DNA of 64,000 bases, taken from contig OZ244587.1 in the NCBI GenBank assembly GCA_965218095.1, positions 5,376,001 through 5,440,000 of the forward strand, in the 5' to 3' direction. Origin of the DNA: Candidatus Poribacteria bacterium. Lineage in GTDB: Bacteria; Poribacteria; WGA-4E; PCPOR2b. Under the pieces are notes generated by a model, which was not told where the DNA came from, made no database searches, and saw only the letters and a program-made list of their open reading frames with translations. Positions within the stretch are counted from its first letter, which is position 1; each line of letters opens with the position of its first letter. A program made the position numbers and the translations under genes. Shown piece by piece: positions 42,167 to 51,643 of the stretch.

Positions 42167-44053
42167 ATGCAGATTCGGACACTGAAAAATCGAAAAACAT
42201 TACTTATTATCACTGTGGCTGTGTTAGGGTTTTTCGGCGCGTGGCGGATTGGAACAAACGACCTCGCCGCTCAAGATGGGCATGAACACCCTGAAAAGAC
42301 ATCCGACCACGACGACCACGCAGACCACGACGACCACGCAGACCATGATGAGCATGGTGAGCACGACGACCATGAAAAGCATGATGAACATAAAGATGTG
42401 GTCATGCTCTCGGACGCCGATATGAAAAAGTTCGGCATCGAAGTCGCTACGGCGAGCGCGGGGAAACTCCCGGTGGACATCAGCCTGCCCGGCGAAGTCA
42501 CCGTCAATGAAGACCGCATCGCCCACGTCACGCCGCGTGTGCCCGGTGTTGTGCGCGAAGTAAGAAAGACGCTCGGCGATTGTGTTCATGCCGGGGAGAT
42601 CATGGCAATTCTCGATAGCCCGGAGATGGGGGAAGCGCAAGTGGCATACCTCGGTACGAAAGCGGATCTTGATGTTGCCAGAGCGAACGTCAATCTGGCG
42701 GAAACCAAACTTCAGGTCGCCAAAGCACAGCGCGATGTTGCCCGGATACAGGTGGAGGTCACTCAAACCGACTACGATCTTGCCGTCACCCATGTTGCAA
42801 CGGCAAAGACAACCGCTGATGTGAAGCGGGTGGAAGCGAAGATCACAGAGACCGACTATCAGTGGGGTGAAACGGTGCACGACAATACAGGTGAACTCCT
42901 CAAACAGCTTGCGGAAAGCCCGACAATCAACGAAATCGCCATTGCCTTCAAAGGCAAACCGATTGGTGAAAATCGGAAACACATTCTCCAAGCGTATGCC
43001 GAGTTGAATTTTGCCGACGCCGCTTACGATCGGGAGGAGACGCTTCATAAGAAGGGGATTTCCAGCGAGTTTGACTACCTTGAAGCGCAGAAAGGTTACA
43101 CCATCGCGAAAGCGGCGTTTGAAGCCATCACCGAAGAACTGGCGTTCCAGAATCGGTTGGCTTTGATGGAAAAGAAACGGGCGGTTGATGCCGCAATGCG
43201 TGATGTCCAAGAAGCCGGACAGACGCTCAAGTCCGCTAACGGTGCGGTGAAGTCCGCCGCAAGTGTAGTGAACGCCGCCGAAAGTGCGTTGCAAGCGGCG
43301 GAGATGGAAATCCGTGTTGCCGAGCAAGATCTGAAGGTTGCACGGCAGACGCTTGAAGTTGCACGCTTGAAGCTGTGGGCGGCTGAACGGAAACTCTATA
43401 TCTTGGGGTTGGGCGATGACGAAATCGCGGCATTGAATGATATTCCCTCTAATGGGCATCCCGACGTGACCCGGTCCGTGATGTATGCACCGTTTGATGG
43501 CGTCGTTGTCGAAAAACATATCGTCCTCGGCGAAGCCTTAAAGGACGATAGTGAAGCCTTTGTGGTTGCCGATCTGTCTTCGGTGTGGATCAAGATCAAC
43601 GTTTACCAGAAAGATCTGCTCGTTGTGCGGAAAGGGCTCCTTGTTGTGCTTTCCGCCGGACACGGTATTCCCACGGCAAGGGAAAAGATCGCTTGGGTGG
43701 GTCCACTGCTCGATGAGCATACCCGAACCGCGCTGGGGCGAGTTGTGCTCCCAAACCCCGATGGTCACTGGCGTCCGGGACTGTTCGTCACCGCGAAAAT
43801 TGCGGTCGATGAAATCGACGTGCCTCTGCTTGTTCCCAAAGCCGCCCTTCAGACCGTCGAGGACCGGCTCTCCGTTTTCGTCCAGACCGATGAAGGCTTT
43901 GCGCCGCGCCCTGTCACGCTTGGGCGAAGTACCGAAACCTATGCTGAGGTGACAAAGGGATTGCAACCGGGGCAACGGTATGTGACAAAAGGTGCGTTTA
44001 CGCTGAAAGCCGAATTGGTCAAAGGATCTTTTGGTGACGGACACGTTCATTGA
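42167..44053 (+). CDS. czcB: CzcB-type RND periplasmic adaptor, His-rich, with very long coiled coil
   Basis: DHDDHA repeats, VTPRVPG, APFDGVV, DLSSVW, WRPGLFV. Confidence 0.9.
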   Translation: MQIRTLKNRKTLLIITVAVLGFFGAWRIGTNDLAAQDGHEHPEKTSDHDDHADHDDHADHDEHGEHDDHEKHDEHKDVVMLSDADMKKFGIEVATASAGKLPVDISLPGEVTVNEDRIAHVTPRVPGVVREVRKTLGDCVHAGEIMAILDSPEMGEAQVAYLGTKADLDVARANVNLAETKLQVAKAQRDVARIQVEVTQTDYDLAVTHVATAKTTADVKRVEAKITETDYQWGETVHDNTGELLKQLAESPTINEIAIAFKGKPIGENRKHILQAYAELNFADAAYDREETLHKKGISSEFDYLEAQKGYTIAKAAFEAITEELAFQNRLALMEKKRAVDAAMRDVQEAGQTLKSANGAVKSAASVVNAAESALQAAEMEIRVAEQDLKVARQTLEVARLKLWAAERKLYILGLGDDEIAALNDIPSNGHPDVTRSVMYAPFDGVVVEKHIVLGEALKDDSEAFVVADLSSVWIKINVYQKDLLVVRKGLLVVLSAGHGIPTAREKIAWVGPLLDEHTRTALGRVVLPNPDGHWRPGLFVTAKIAVDEIDVPLLVPKAALQTVEDRLSVFVQTDEGFAPRPVTLGRSTETYAEVTKGLQPGQRYVTKGAFTLKAELVKGSFGDGHVH

Positions 44054-44075
44054 AACGTGAAACGTGATGCGTGAA
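44051..44075 (+). repeat. Heptamer tandem array (left arm)
   Basis: TGAAACG-TGAAACG-TGATGCG-TGAA starting at the czcB stop codon. Confidence 0.85.
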
Positions 44076-44095
44076 GGATTTAGGGAGGGAAGAAG

Positions 44096-44558
44096 ATGAA
44101 TTATAAGGATTGGGAAGTAGACGTGCCTGCGGTGCTCAAGAGTGATTCGTTGTGGAAGATGGAGGCATATCGGCAGACGTTGTTTGCTGCTGATTTGGGC
44201 TGGCATGACGTGACGAAGCTGATGAAAGATCGGCGAACAATTGGACTGTCAGATCAATTGTACCGTGCCTTGGGGTCAGTCAGTGCAAATATCGCCGAAG
44301 GCTATTCTCGTGGTACGCGCAAAGACCGAGCACGTTTTTACGAATACGCCCTCGGCTCGGCGCGAGAGAGTCGAGGATGGTACTACAAGGCAAGACATCT
44401 TCTTGGAGAAGTTGTTGCACCGTTTGGAATTGCTTACCATTATCATCCGGCTTCTGTTGAAGATGATTCCACAACATCGAGATGGCACAATCCGCGAATC
44501 TGAAGCCACATACAACACTGATAGCCGAGATATTTTCACTACCGTTCCACTGCCATAA
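44096..44558 (+). pseudogene. Four-helix-bundle protein (23S IVS protein/Avd-like, TIGR02436-type) with a frameshift near 44419
   Basis: DQLYRALGSVSANIAEGYSR, FYEYALGSARE; C-terminus HRLELLTIIIRLLLKMIP in the next frame. Confidence 0.88.
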
Positions 44559-44596
44559 TTACGTTTCACGTTTCACGCTTCACGTTTCACGTTTTA
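44559..44596 (+). repeat. Heptamer tandem array (right arm, inverted)
   Basis: TTACGTTTCACGTTTCACGCTTCACGTTTCACGTTTTA. Confidence 0.85.
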
Positions 44597-44612
44597 ACAC
44601 ATGGAGGCACAA

Positions 44613-47600
44613 ATGCACAAAATCATCGAATTCGCCCTGCATCGCCGCACCCTAATCATCGTCATTGGGATACTGGTCATGGTGGCGGGCTACTACAGTT
44701 ACCGTCAGCTACCCGTCGATGCCTTTCCTGATGTGACACCGGCGTTGGTTCAGGTCTTCACACTCACCGAAGGGCTTGCGCCAGAGGAGGTTGAGCGATA
44801 TGTGACCTACCCGGTCGAGGTTGCCATGAACGGGCTTCCCCATCTCAAGGAGATTCGCTCGGTGTCCAATTTCGGGCTGTCGGTTGTGAATATCTACTTT
44901 AAGGACGGCACGGACATCTACTTCGCCCGGCAGTTGGTGGGTGAAAGACTACAACTCGCCCGCGAGGGGATGCCCGAAGGCTTCGGAGAGCCGGAGATGG
45001 GGCCCATCACGACCGGGCTGGGACAAATTCTCTTTTACTTCGTGGAGGACGAGGACAGGGCTTATGACCTGTTTGAATTGAGAACGATACAGGATTGGCT
45101 CATCAAATTCAATCTTCAAACCGTCCCCGGCGTCACGGAAGTGCTGTCCATCGGCGGAGAGGTCAAGCAATTCCATATCCTCGTTCGTCCCGACGACCTT
45201 CTGCGGTACGACCTGACACTCGACGAAATCGTGGAAACGGTCAAGGCGAACAACGCCAATGTCGGGGCGCAGTTCATCGTAAAAAACTCTGAGGAATACA
45301 TCGTCCGCTCAGTCGGGCTTGCCGAGAAGATTTCCGACCTTGAACAGATTGTGCTGAAATCTAAAGATGGTACGCCGGTGTATCTCAATCAGGTCGCTGA
45401 TGTCACAATTGGCGGGGAAATCCGGCGCGGATTGACAACCATCAACGGTCAAAGCGAGACCGTTGTGGGTATGGTTCTGAAACTCATCGGCGAGAACACC
45501 TCGACCGTTATCCGTGATGTGAAAACACGGATGGAAGCAGTCAACAAGGTGCTGCCGCCCGGAATCGAGGTCAAGACGTACTATGATCAGGCGACACTGA
45601 TTTCTAAATGTGTCAAAACGGTCACCGATGCACTCATTCAGGGGATTATCCTTGTTGCGATTGTCCTTTTGGTATTCATGAGCGGTCTGAGACCGAGTGT
45701 GGTCGTTGCAATCGCCATCCCTTTTTCAATCTTCTTCGCCTTCATTCTGATGAACGCCTTCGGAATTTCAGCGAATCTGATGTCACTCGGCGGGCTTGCG
45801 ATTGCCATTGGCATGATGGTAGACGGTACGATTGTGATGGTGGAAAATGTCGATCGACACCTGCGGATGTCCAACCCGCTGGCGTCACGTCTTCAAGTTG
45901 TTGCGCGTGCCTGCACCGAAGTCGCACGTCCAATTGTCTTTGCGATCTCCATTATTATCATCGTCTTCCTACCGCTGTTTACTTTAGGTGGTGTCGAGGG
46001 GAAAACCTTCCGTCCGCTGGCATACACCGTCGCGCTGGCAATGGGTGGGTCGCTGATTTTCGCGCTATTGATGGCGCCGGTCGCGGCATCGCTTCTTATG
46101 CGGCGACCACGCCAACGCGAAGGCGCAGCGACCGATGGGAATGAAAGCCGAATTGTTCAGTTTTTGGTAATTCCATATCGACCTGTGGTGTGCCTTTTTG
46201 TGCGTTTTCGCTCCTTGGCGGTGGGACTGGCGGTACTGATGCTCGCTGTCGGCGCGATTATCTTTCCGTTTCTTGGCTCGGAGTTCGTTCCCCGCCTCAA
46301 TGAAGGTGACCTGCTGATTCGTGCCACGATGGCCCCGTCGATCTCTTTATTGGACGCCCGTGATACGATTCTCCACCTCGAACGCGATATGCAGGAAAAA
46401 TTTCCAGAGGTGACGCAAATCGTCACACGGGTGGGACGTGGCGAAGTTGGGGCGCACGCCGATCCGGTGAACAATGCGGAGATCTTCATCCGGCTCAAGG
46501 AGCAGCGAGAATGGACCTCGGCAAAAACGCTCGACGAACTTTACGCTAAGATGAGCCACACCTTTGAAGATTTCCCCGGCGTGCAGTTGAATTTCAGTCA
46601 ACCCATCGCCATCGCCGTTGATGAACTCTTGACCGGCGTCAAAGCGGAATTGGCAATCAAAATCTTTGGTCCCGATATGGAGGTGTTGAAAGAAAAAGCC
46701 GCCGAAGTCGAAACGGTCATTCGCACGATAAAGGGCGCGGCAGACGTGCAGAAAGATCAGGTGACTGGCACACCACAGCTTCGTATCACCATCGACCACG
46801 CGGCGATTGCCCGTTATGGGATTAACGTCGAAGATGTGCAGCGTGTCATTCAAACCGCTGTCGGTGGAGAAGAAGCGGGACAGATCTTTGAAGGTATTCG
46901 CCGTTTTGATATTCTGGTTCGCTACACGCCTGAGAGCCGCCGCAGTCTGGAGACTATCGGCCATATCTTGATTTCGGCGCCAGATGGCGTGAAAGTACCG
47001 CTTGATGAATTGACAACGATCGAAGATATTGTCGGTCCGCGCCAAATCACGCGGGAGAACAACCAACGGTTCATCACGGTGCAGACCAATGTTCGCGGCA
47101 GGGACATCGGCTCTTTTGTCGAAGAGGCACAAGAAGCCATTGACGCAAGCGTTCAGTTTCCGCCCGGCTATCTTGTAAGTTGGGGCGGTCAGTTTGAACT
47201 CCAACAGGAAGCGAATAAACGGCTGTCCCTTGTTGTCCCAATAACGCTACTCATCGTCTTTCTGCTACTGTTTTCGAGTTTCAACTCCCTGAAGAATGCG
47301 TTGCTAATTATCCTCAACATTCCATTGGCGTTAGTCGGGGGTGTCGTTGGACTCTGGCTGACAGGGCAGAATCTCTCCGTGCCTGCCTCTGTCGGATTCA
47401 TCGCCCTGTTCGGCATAGCGCTGGAGAACGGCATGGTGCTGGTCACCTATCTTAACCTGCTTCTCCGCGATGGTACCCCAATGGATGAGGCATCGGTGGA
47501 GGGGGCGTGTCAACGACTCAGACCTGTATTGATGACTGCGATTACTACCACGCTGGGGCTGATTCCGCTGTTAGTTTCACAAGGCACTGGCAGCGAGGTG

Positions 47601-47732
47601 CAGCGTCCGTTGGCGACGGTGGTCGTCGGGGGTTTGGTCACATCAACCATTCTGACATTGTTGGTGATTCCCGCACTTTATAAGTGGTTCTCCGTTCGGA
47701 TTGAGCCGGAAGCCGTATCCGCAGCCAATTAG
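44613..47732 (+). CDS. czcA: CzcA/CusA heavy-metal RND permease
   Basis: LPVDAFPDVT, AIGMMVDG, RLRPVLMTA; GGAGG before ATG 44613. Confidence 0.95.
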   Translation: MHKIIEFALHRRTLIIVIGILVMVAGYYSYRQLPVDAFPDVTPALVQVFTLTEGLAPEEVERYVTYPVEVAMNGLPHLKEIRSVSNFGLSVVNIYFKDGTDIYFARQLVGERLQLAREGMPEGFGEPEMGPITTGLGQILFYFVEDEDRAYDLFELRTIQDWLIKFNLQTVPGVTEVLSIGGEVKQFHILVRPDDLLRYDLTLDEIVETVKANNANVGAQFIVKNSEEYIVRSVGLAEKISDLEQIVLKSKDGTPVYLNQVADVTIGGEIRRGLTTINGQSETVVGMVLKLIGENTSTVIRDVKTRMEAVNKVLPPGIEVKTYYDQATLISKCVKTVTDALIQGIILVAIVLLVFMSGLRPSVVVAIAIPFSIFFAFILMNAFGISANLMSLGGLAIAIGMMVDGTIVMVENVDRHLRMSNPLASRLQVVARACTEVARPIVFAISIIIIVFLPLFTLGGVEGKTFRPLAYTVALAMGGSLIFALLMAPVAASLLMRRPRQREGAATDGNESRIVQFLVIPYRPVVCLFVRFRSLAVGLAVLMLAVGAIIFPFLGSEFVPRLNEGDLLIRATMAPSISLLDARDTILHLERDMQEKFPEVTQIVTRVGRGEVGAHADPVNNAEIFIRLKEQREWTSAKTLDELYAKMSHTFEDFPGVQLNFSQPIAIAVDELLTGVKAELAIKIFGPDMEVLKEKAAEVETVIRTIKGAADVQKDQVTGTPQLRITIDHAAIARYGINVEDVQRVIQTAVGGEEAGQIFEGIRRFDILVRYTPESRRSLETIGHILISAPDGVKVPLDELTTIEDIVGPRQITRENNQRFITVQTNVRGRDIGSFVEEAQEAIDASVQFPPGYLVSWGGQFELQQEANKRLSLVVPITLLIVFLLLFSSFNSLKNALLIILNIPLALVGGVVGLWLTGQNLSVPASVGFIALFGIALENGMVLVTYLNLLLRDGTPMDEASVEGACQRLRPVLMTAITTTLGLIPLLVSQGTGSEVQRPLATVVVGGLVTSTILTLLVIPALYKWFSVRIEPEAVSAAN

Positions 47733-47912
47733 GGAATAGGATAACCCACAAGCAGATTCTGGTTTCTCCATACTGTTAGCTCCTCTGCGACGCTCAACCT
47801 GACCGTTGCTTTCCCGACTTTTCCCGGTTCAATTTCCGGATTGAAACTTGAACCTGAGTTATGGTAGACTTTCTTATAACAGATTACTTTGACCCAGTAA
47901 GGAGATGAATCA

Positions 47913-49175
47913 ATGAGCCAAACAATTCACGAAATGATCCGTTCAAAAGCCCAATCCGCCAAAGCCGCCATGCGGAAACTCTCCAGCACATCGGTTGATG
48001 TGCGCAATGGTGCGTTGCTGGCGATGGCAGATAGCATCTTAACGTTCAAGGACAAAATCCAGGAAGCCAATCAGATGGATCTGGAGGAAGGACAAAAAAC
48101 GGGACTCGCCGAACCGCTTATGCAGCGACTGGCATTGGATGAGAAGAAGATTGCGCGGATGGCGGATAATCTGAGGCAGGTTGCTGCCTTGCCAGATCCA
48201 ATTGGAGAGGTCGCACATATTCGGGAGCGGCCCAACGGTCTACAAATAGGGCGCGTCAGTGTCCCAATCGGGGTGGTCGGCGTCATCTATGAATCACGTC
48301 CCGATGTTACCATTGAGGTCTCTGCCTTATGTATCAAGTCCGGCAACGGTGTCATCTTGCGCGGTGGTTCAGAGGCGATTCGTTCTAACATGACACTTGC
48401 CAGCATTCTGAGCGAAACTGCGGAGCGGGAAGGTATAAAGAATGCTGTCCAGTTTGTTGATATTACAGATCGGAAAGCGGTACAAGAGATGATTTCAATG
48501 GCGGATCTGATTGATCTGATTGTCCCACGCGGAAGTCAGGAATTTATCCGTTATATCATGAAAACGTCGGATATACCTGTTGTTGGACATGCGGACGGAA
48601 TCTGCCATGTTTACGTCGATGAGGCGGCTGACATCGATATGGCAGAGGAGATCTGTATCAACGCAAAAATCGGATACAAAGTCGCTGTTTGCAACGCGAT
48701 GGAAACCCTGCTCGTCCACGAGAAGATCGCCCCTGGCTTTCTCCCGTCAATGTGTGAGAAATTCGCCGCCGAAGGAGTTGAACTGCGCGGGTGTGAGCAA
48801 ACGCGAGGGATATGTCCAGACCTCCTCCCTGCTACCGAAGAAGATTGGAGAACAGAATACCTCGATCGCATCCTATCAATTCGAGTCGTCTCAGATTTCG
48901 ACGCAGCGGTGGAGCATATCGAAACCTACGGCTCACACCACTCGGACACGATTGTGACGGAGAACTACACCACAGCGCAACGCTTCCTCAAGGAGGTTGA
49001 CTCGGCGGCGGTCTATGTCAACGCGAGCACCTGCTTCACCGATGGTTACGAATTTGGACTCGGCGCCGAGGTCGGCATCAGCACACAAAAGCTGCACTGC
49101 CGGGGTCCCATGGGGCTTGAGGGGCTGACAAGCTATAAGTACATTATCTACGGGAATGGGCAGGTGCGGACGTAG
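47913..49175 (+). CDS. proA: Glutamate-5-semialdehyde dehydrogenase
   Basis: IYESRP, VCNAMETLLV, GAEVGISTQKLHCRGPMGL. Confidence 0.97.
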   Translation: MSQTIHEMIRSKAQSAKAAMRKLSSTSVDVRNGALLAMADSILTFKDKIQEANQMDLEEGQKTGLAEPLMQRLALDEKKIARMADNLRQVAALPDPIGEVAHIRERPNGLQIGRVSVPIGVVGVIYESRPDVTIEVSALCIKSGNGVILRGGSEAIRSNMTLASILSETAEREGIKNAVQFVDITDRKAVQEMISMADLIDLIVPRGSQEFIRYIMKTSDIPVVGHADGICHVYVDEAADIDMAEEICINAKIGYKVAVCNAMETLLVHEKIAPGFLPSMCEKFAAEGVELRGCEQTRGICPDLLPATEEDWRTEYLDRILSIRVVSDFDAAVEHIETYGSHHSDTIVTENYTTAQRFLKEVDSAAVYVNASTCFTDGYEFGLGAEVGISTQKLHCRGPMGLEGLTSYKYIIYGNGQVRT

Positions 49176-49304
49176 TTAGCTTTCCTTTTTTCGTTCAACA
49201 ATTCATACGGTCTACTAAAGCAAAATTCACAAACGAATCTTGACAATAAAGGTTGAATTATATAAACTTAAGTCTTTAACTGAAGTTATTTCAAGGGGTC
49301 GTCT

Positions 49305-50192
49305 ATGACTGATCGTAACAAGCAAGAACAGGTAGAGACAGAAGTCGCCTACCAGACTTTTTCTGAGTTTCTGCAAAACACTCCCCCGAATCAATTAGGG
49401 TATATATCAGATTTAGCCGTATCACAAAACGTAGGCCCATATCCTAACATTGAAAAGAAAATTAACGCACCTGAATTGAGACTCCACTGTCTGCATGAAT
49501 TGTGCAATGGAGTTCGATTTTTTCGCTGCATCGATCTTCCTGTCGACAGAAAATCTTTAGATCATCGTACTATTAACTTGTATGTTAAGTATCAATGCTC
49601 CAATTGCAAAGAAACACTAAAAGTATATGCTTTGGCGGCGAAAATTGATATAATTGGAAAACTTCACGGGGTGTGTTATAAGTTAGGTGAATTTCCTCCG
49701 TACGGACCGCCTGTTCCGTCAAGACTTATCAAACTAATTGGCCCAGATAGGGATATTTTTCTAAAAGGACGTAGATGCGAGAATCAGGGGCTTGGTATAG
49801 GTGCTTTTGCTTATTATCGACGGGTAGTGGAGAATCAAAAGAATAGAATTTTGGAAGAAATTGTCAAAGTATCGGAGAAAATCGAGGCATCACAGGACAA
49901 AATTAATACATTACGCAAAGCGATTAACGAAACGCAATTTAGCACAGCCCTTAAAATGACAAGGGATGTCATGCCAGACAGCCTACTTATTAATGGTCAG
50001 AATCCAATGCTTTTGTTGCATGGTGCGCTTAGTCAGGGCGTGCATGAATTACCTGATGAGGAATGTCTGGAACTTGCTAGCACTGTTAGGCTCGTTCTAG
50101 GCGAACTGTCTGAAAGATTATCCATCCTCTTAAAAGACAAAGCAGAGTTGACGAAAGCTATATCCACATTAATGCATCATGAAAATAGCTAG
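49305..50192 (+). CDS. Hypothetical AT-rich protein with Cys pairs and a DUF4145-like helical C-terminus
   Basis: CLHELC, CSNC, GIGAFAYYRRVVE, LSQGVH; first gene of island. Confidence 0.7.
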   Translation: MTDRNKQEQVETEVAYQTFSEFLQNTPPNQLGYISDLAVSQNVGPYPNIEKKINAPELRLHCLHELCNGVRFFRCIDLPVDRKSLDHRTINLYVKYQCSNCKETLKVYALAAKIDIIGKLHGVCYKLGEFPPYGPPVPSRLIKLIGPDRDIFLKGRRCENQGLGIGAFAYYRRVVENQKNRILEEIVKVSEKIEASQDKINTLRKAINETQFSTALKMTRDVMPDSLLINGQNPMLLLHGALSQGVHELPDEECLELASTVRLVLGELSERLSILLKDKAELTKAISTLMHHENS

Positions 50193-51015
50193 GTTCTGTT
50201 GATATTTCATCGTAACCAGAGAATCGTGGCAACGAGACTCAGAAATCCCAAATACCTTACAGCTAATTTATCAAACCGAGAGGAGATACGTCTATATTGC
50301 TTGATTTTGTTGATGAAACATTCCACCAGATGCCTCTGTTGGTATAGATGCACATCATAAGTGCGTGAATCACGGCGGTTGGCACGTGGCGGTATCACCG
50401 GCACTGCACCCCTACGGGTTATCGACTCAATAAATGCCATAGCGTCATATGACGTGTCGGCTATCACATACTCACTGCTATATCCGTCAATCAACGCTTC
50501 AGCACAAATAATGTCGTGCCGTTGACTGGCAGTCAACATAAAACGTAATGGATTGCCTAAGCCATTGACGGCGATGTGAATCTTGGTTGAAAAGCCACCC
50601 CGACTGCGTCCGAGTGCTTGTGAGGCTTGACCCCCACTTGTTTTCAATGCACCCGCAGCACATGGGTGCGCCCGAATGATAGTGGTGTCAATGATGAGCC
50701 ACTCCATATCAGGGTCTTGGACAAAATGGTGGTGCAACCGTTGAAAGATACCTTTATCGCACCATCGAGCGAATCGTTTATAGACGCTGTTCCAGTTGCC
50801 ATAGGTGTCTGGCAGAATCCGCCATTGAGCACCGCTACGGGTCGCCCAGAGAACAGTTTCGATAAAGCGGCGTGTAGAAGCTTCGTTGCCAACATAGATG
50901 GTCGGACAAGTTAGAAGAAACGAGTATATCTTTTTCCATTGGTCATCGGGTAAGGTTATTGGCATCATTCTTCTATTATGCCACAACCTTATACTCAAAT
51001 GTCAACAGAACCTAG
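50189..51015 (-). mobile_element. IS5-family element with uninterrupted transposase ORF (50207-50968)
   Basis: CTAG-GTTCTGTTGATATTT ... AAATGTCAACAGAAC-CTAG; IDTTIIRAH, ADTSYD, RHLVECFINKIK. Confidence 0.93.
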
Positions 51016-51472
51016 TGAGGTTGCCGCGGTCAATATCGGAGATCTCAAGGATAATACGCTCACTATCCGGCAGAGCAAAACGGATCAACTCGGCGAGGGA
51101 CGGGTGTTGTTTGTTGGGGATGAGACGGTGCAGGTCATCGAGGAACTTAAAGCGAAAGCGACCATCTCACGCGGGGCTTTGTTCCGCCGGGTGCTGAAGA
51201 ACGGCAAAATGACGACCACACGGCTCACGCCAGAAGCAATCAGAGAGATCGTTAAGAAACGCAGTCAAGGCATTCGAGAAGTCAAAGGTCGGGTGTCGGG
51301 GCACTCGTTACGGGTTGGCTCGGCGGTGTCATTGGCTAGGGGGAATGCGTCGCTAGTGGAAATGCAGGTTGATGGCAGATGGAAGGATTCTCGGATGCCG
51401 TCTCATTATGCAAGCGCAGAAATCGCTCAAAATAGTGCGACGGCGCGGATTAAGTATGGGAAACGGAGGTAA
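51014..51472 (+). pseudogene. C-terminal half of a Cre-like tyrosine recombinase truncated by IS5
   Basis: SEVAAVN, SKTDQLGEG, SGHSLRVG, GRWKD, HYA; starts just after the catalytic-Arg position. Confidence 0.9.
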
Positions 51473-51482
51473 CTGAGAAGAA

Positions 51483-51510
51483 ATATCCGATAAGGGGGCT
51501 TATCGGATAT
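51483..51510. other. Symmetric dif/lox-like recombination site candidate 1
   Basis: ATATCCGATAA-GGGGGC-TTATCGGATAT (11-6-11). Confidence 0.7.
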
Positions 51511-51643
51511 TCCAGCTACAGCATCCAATAGATTCGTGCGTAACTCCTTTACTTATAAGTTTTTGTTGCTGACATTTTATCAAAATTACACATAAATTAT
51601 AAGCCTAAAACTTTTAATTGGGCAATTTTTGCAGGAGGTCTAA

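Noticed and set aside
42224-43519. 431-aa antisense ORF
   Set aside because: Shadow of czcB with no recognisable motifs.
20948-44558. Diversity-generating retroelement (Avd-like gene plus duplicated LamG tail as TR/VR)
   Set aside because: There is no reverse transcriptase in the window, differences between the tail copies are not restricted to adenines, and the loci are 23 kb apart.
12848-51472. N- and C-terminal recombinase remnants as two halves of one gene split by inversion
   Set aside because: The middle part (RGQV..RDAAL..LLR) is missing from both, and no matching IS end abuts the N-terminal remnant.
51482-51511. Simple terminator interpretation of the palindrome
   Set aside because: The stem is AT-rich with no U-tract on either side, and a second copy with the same arms and spacer length flanks the other end of the R-M module.
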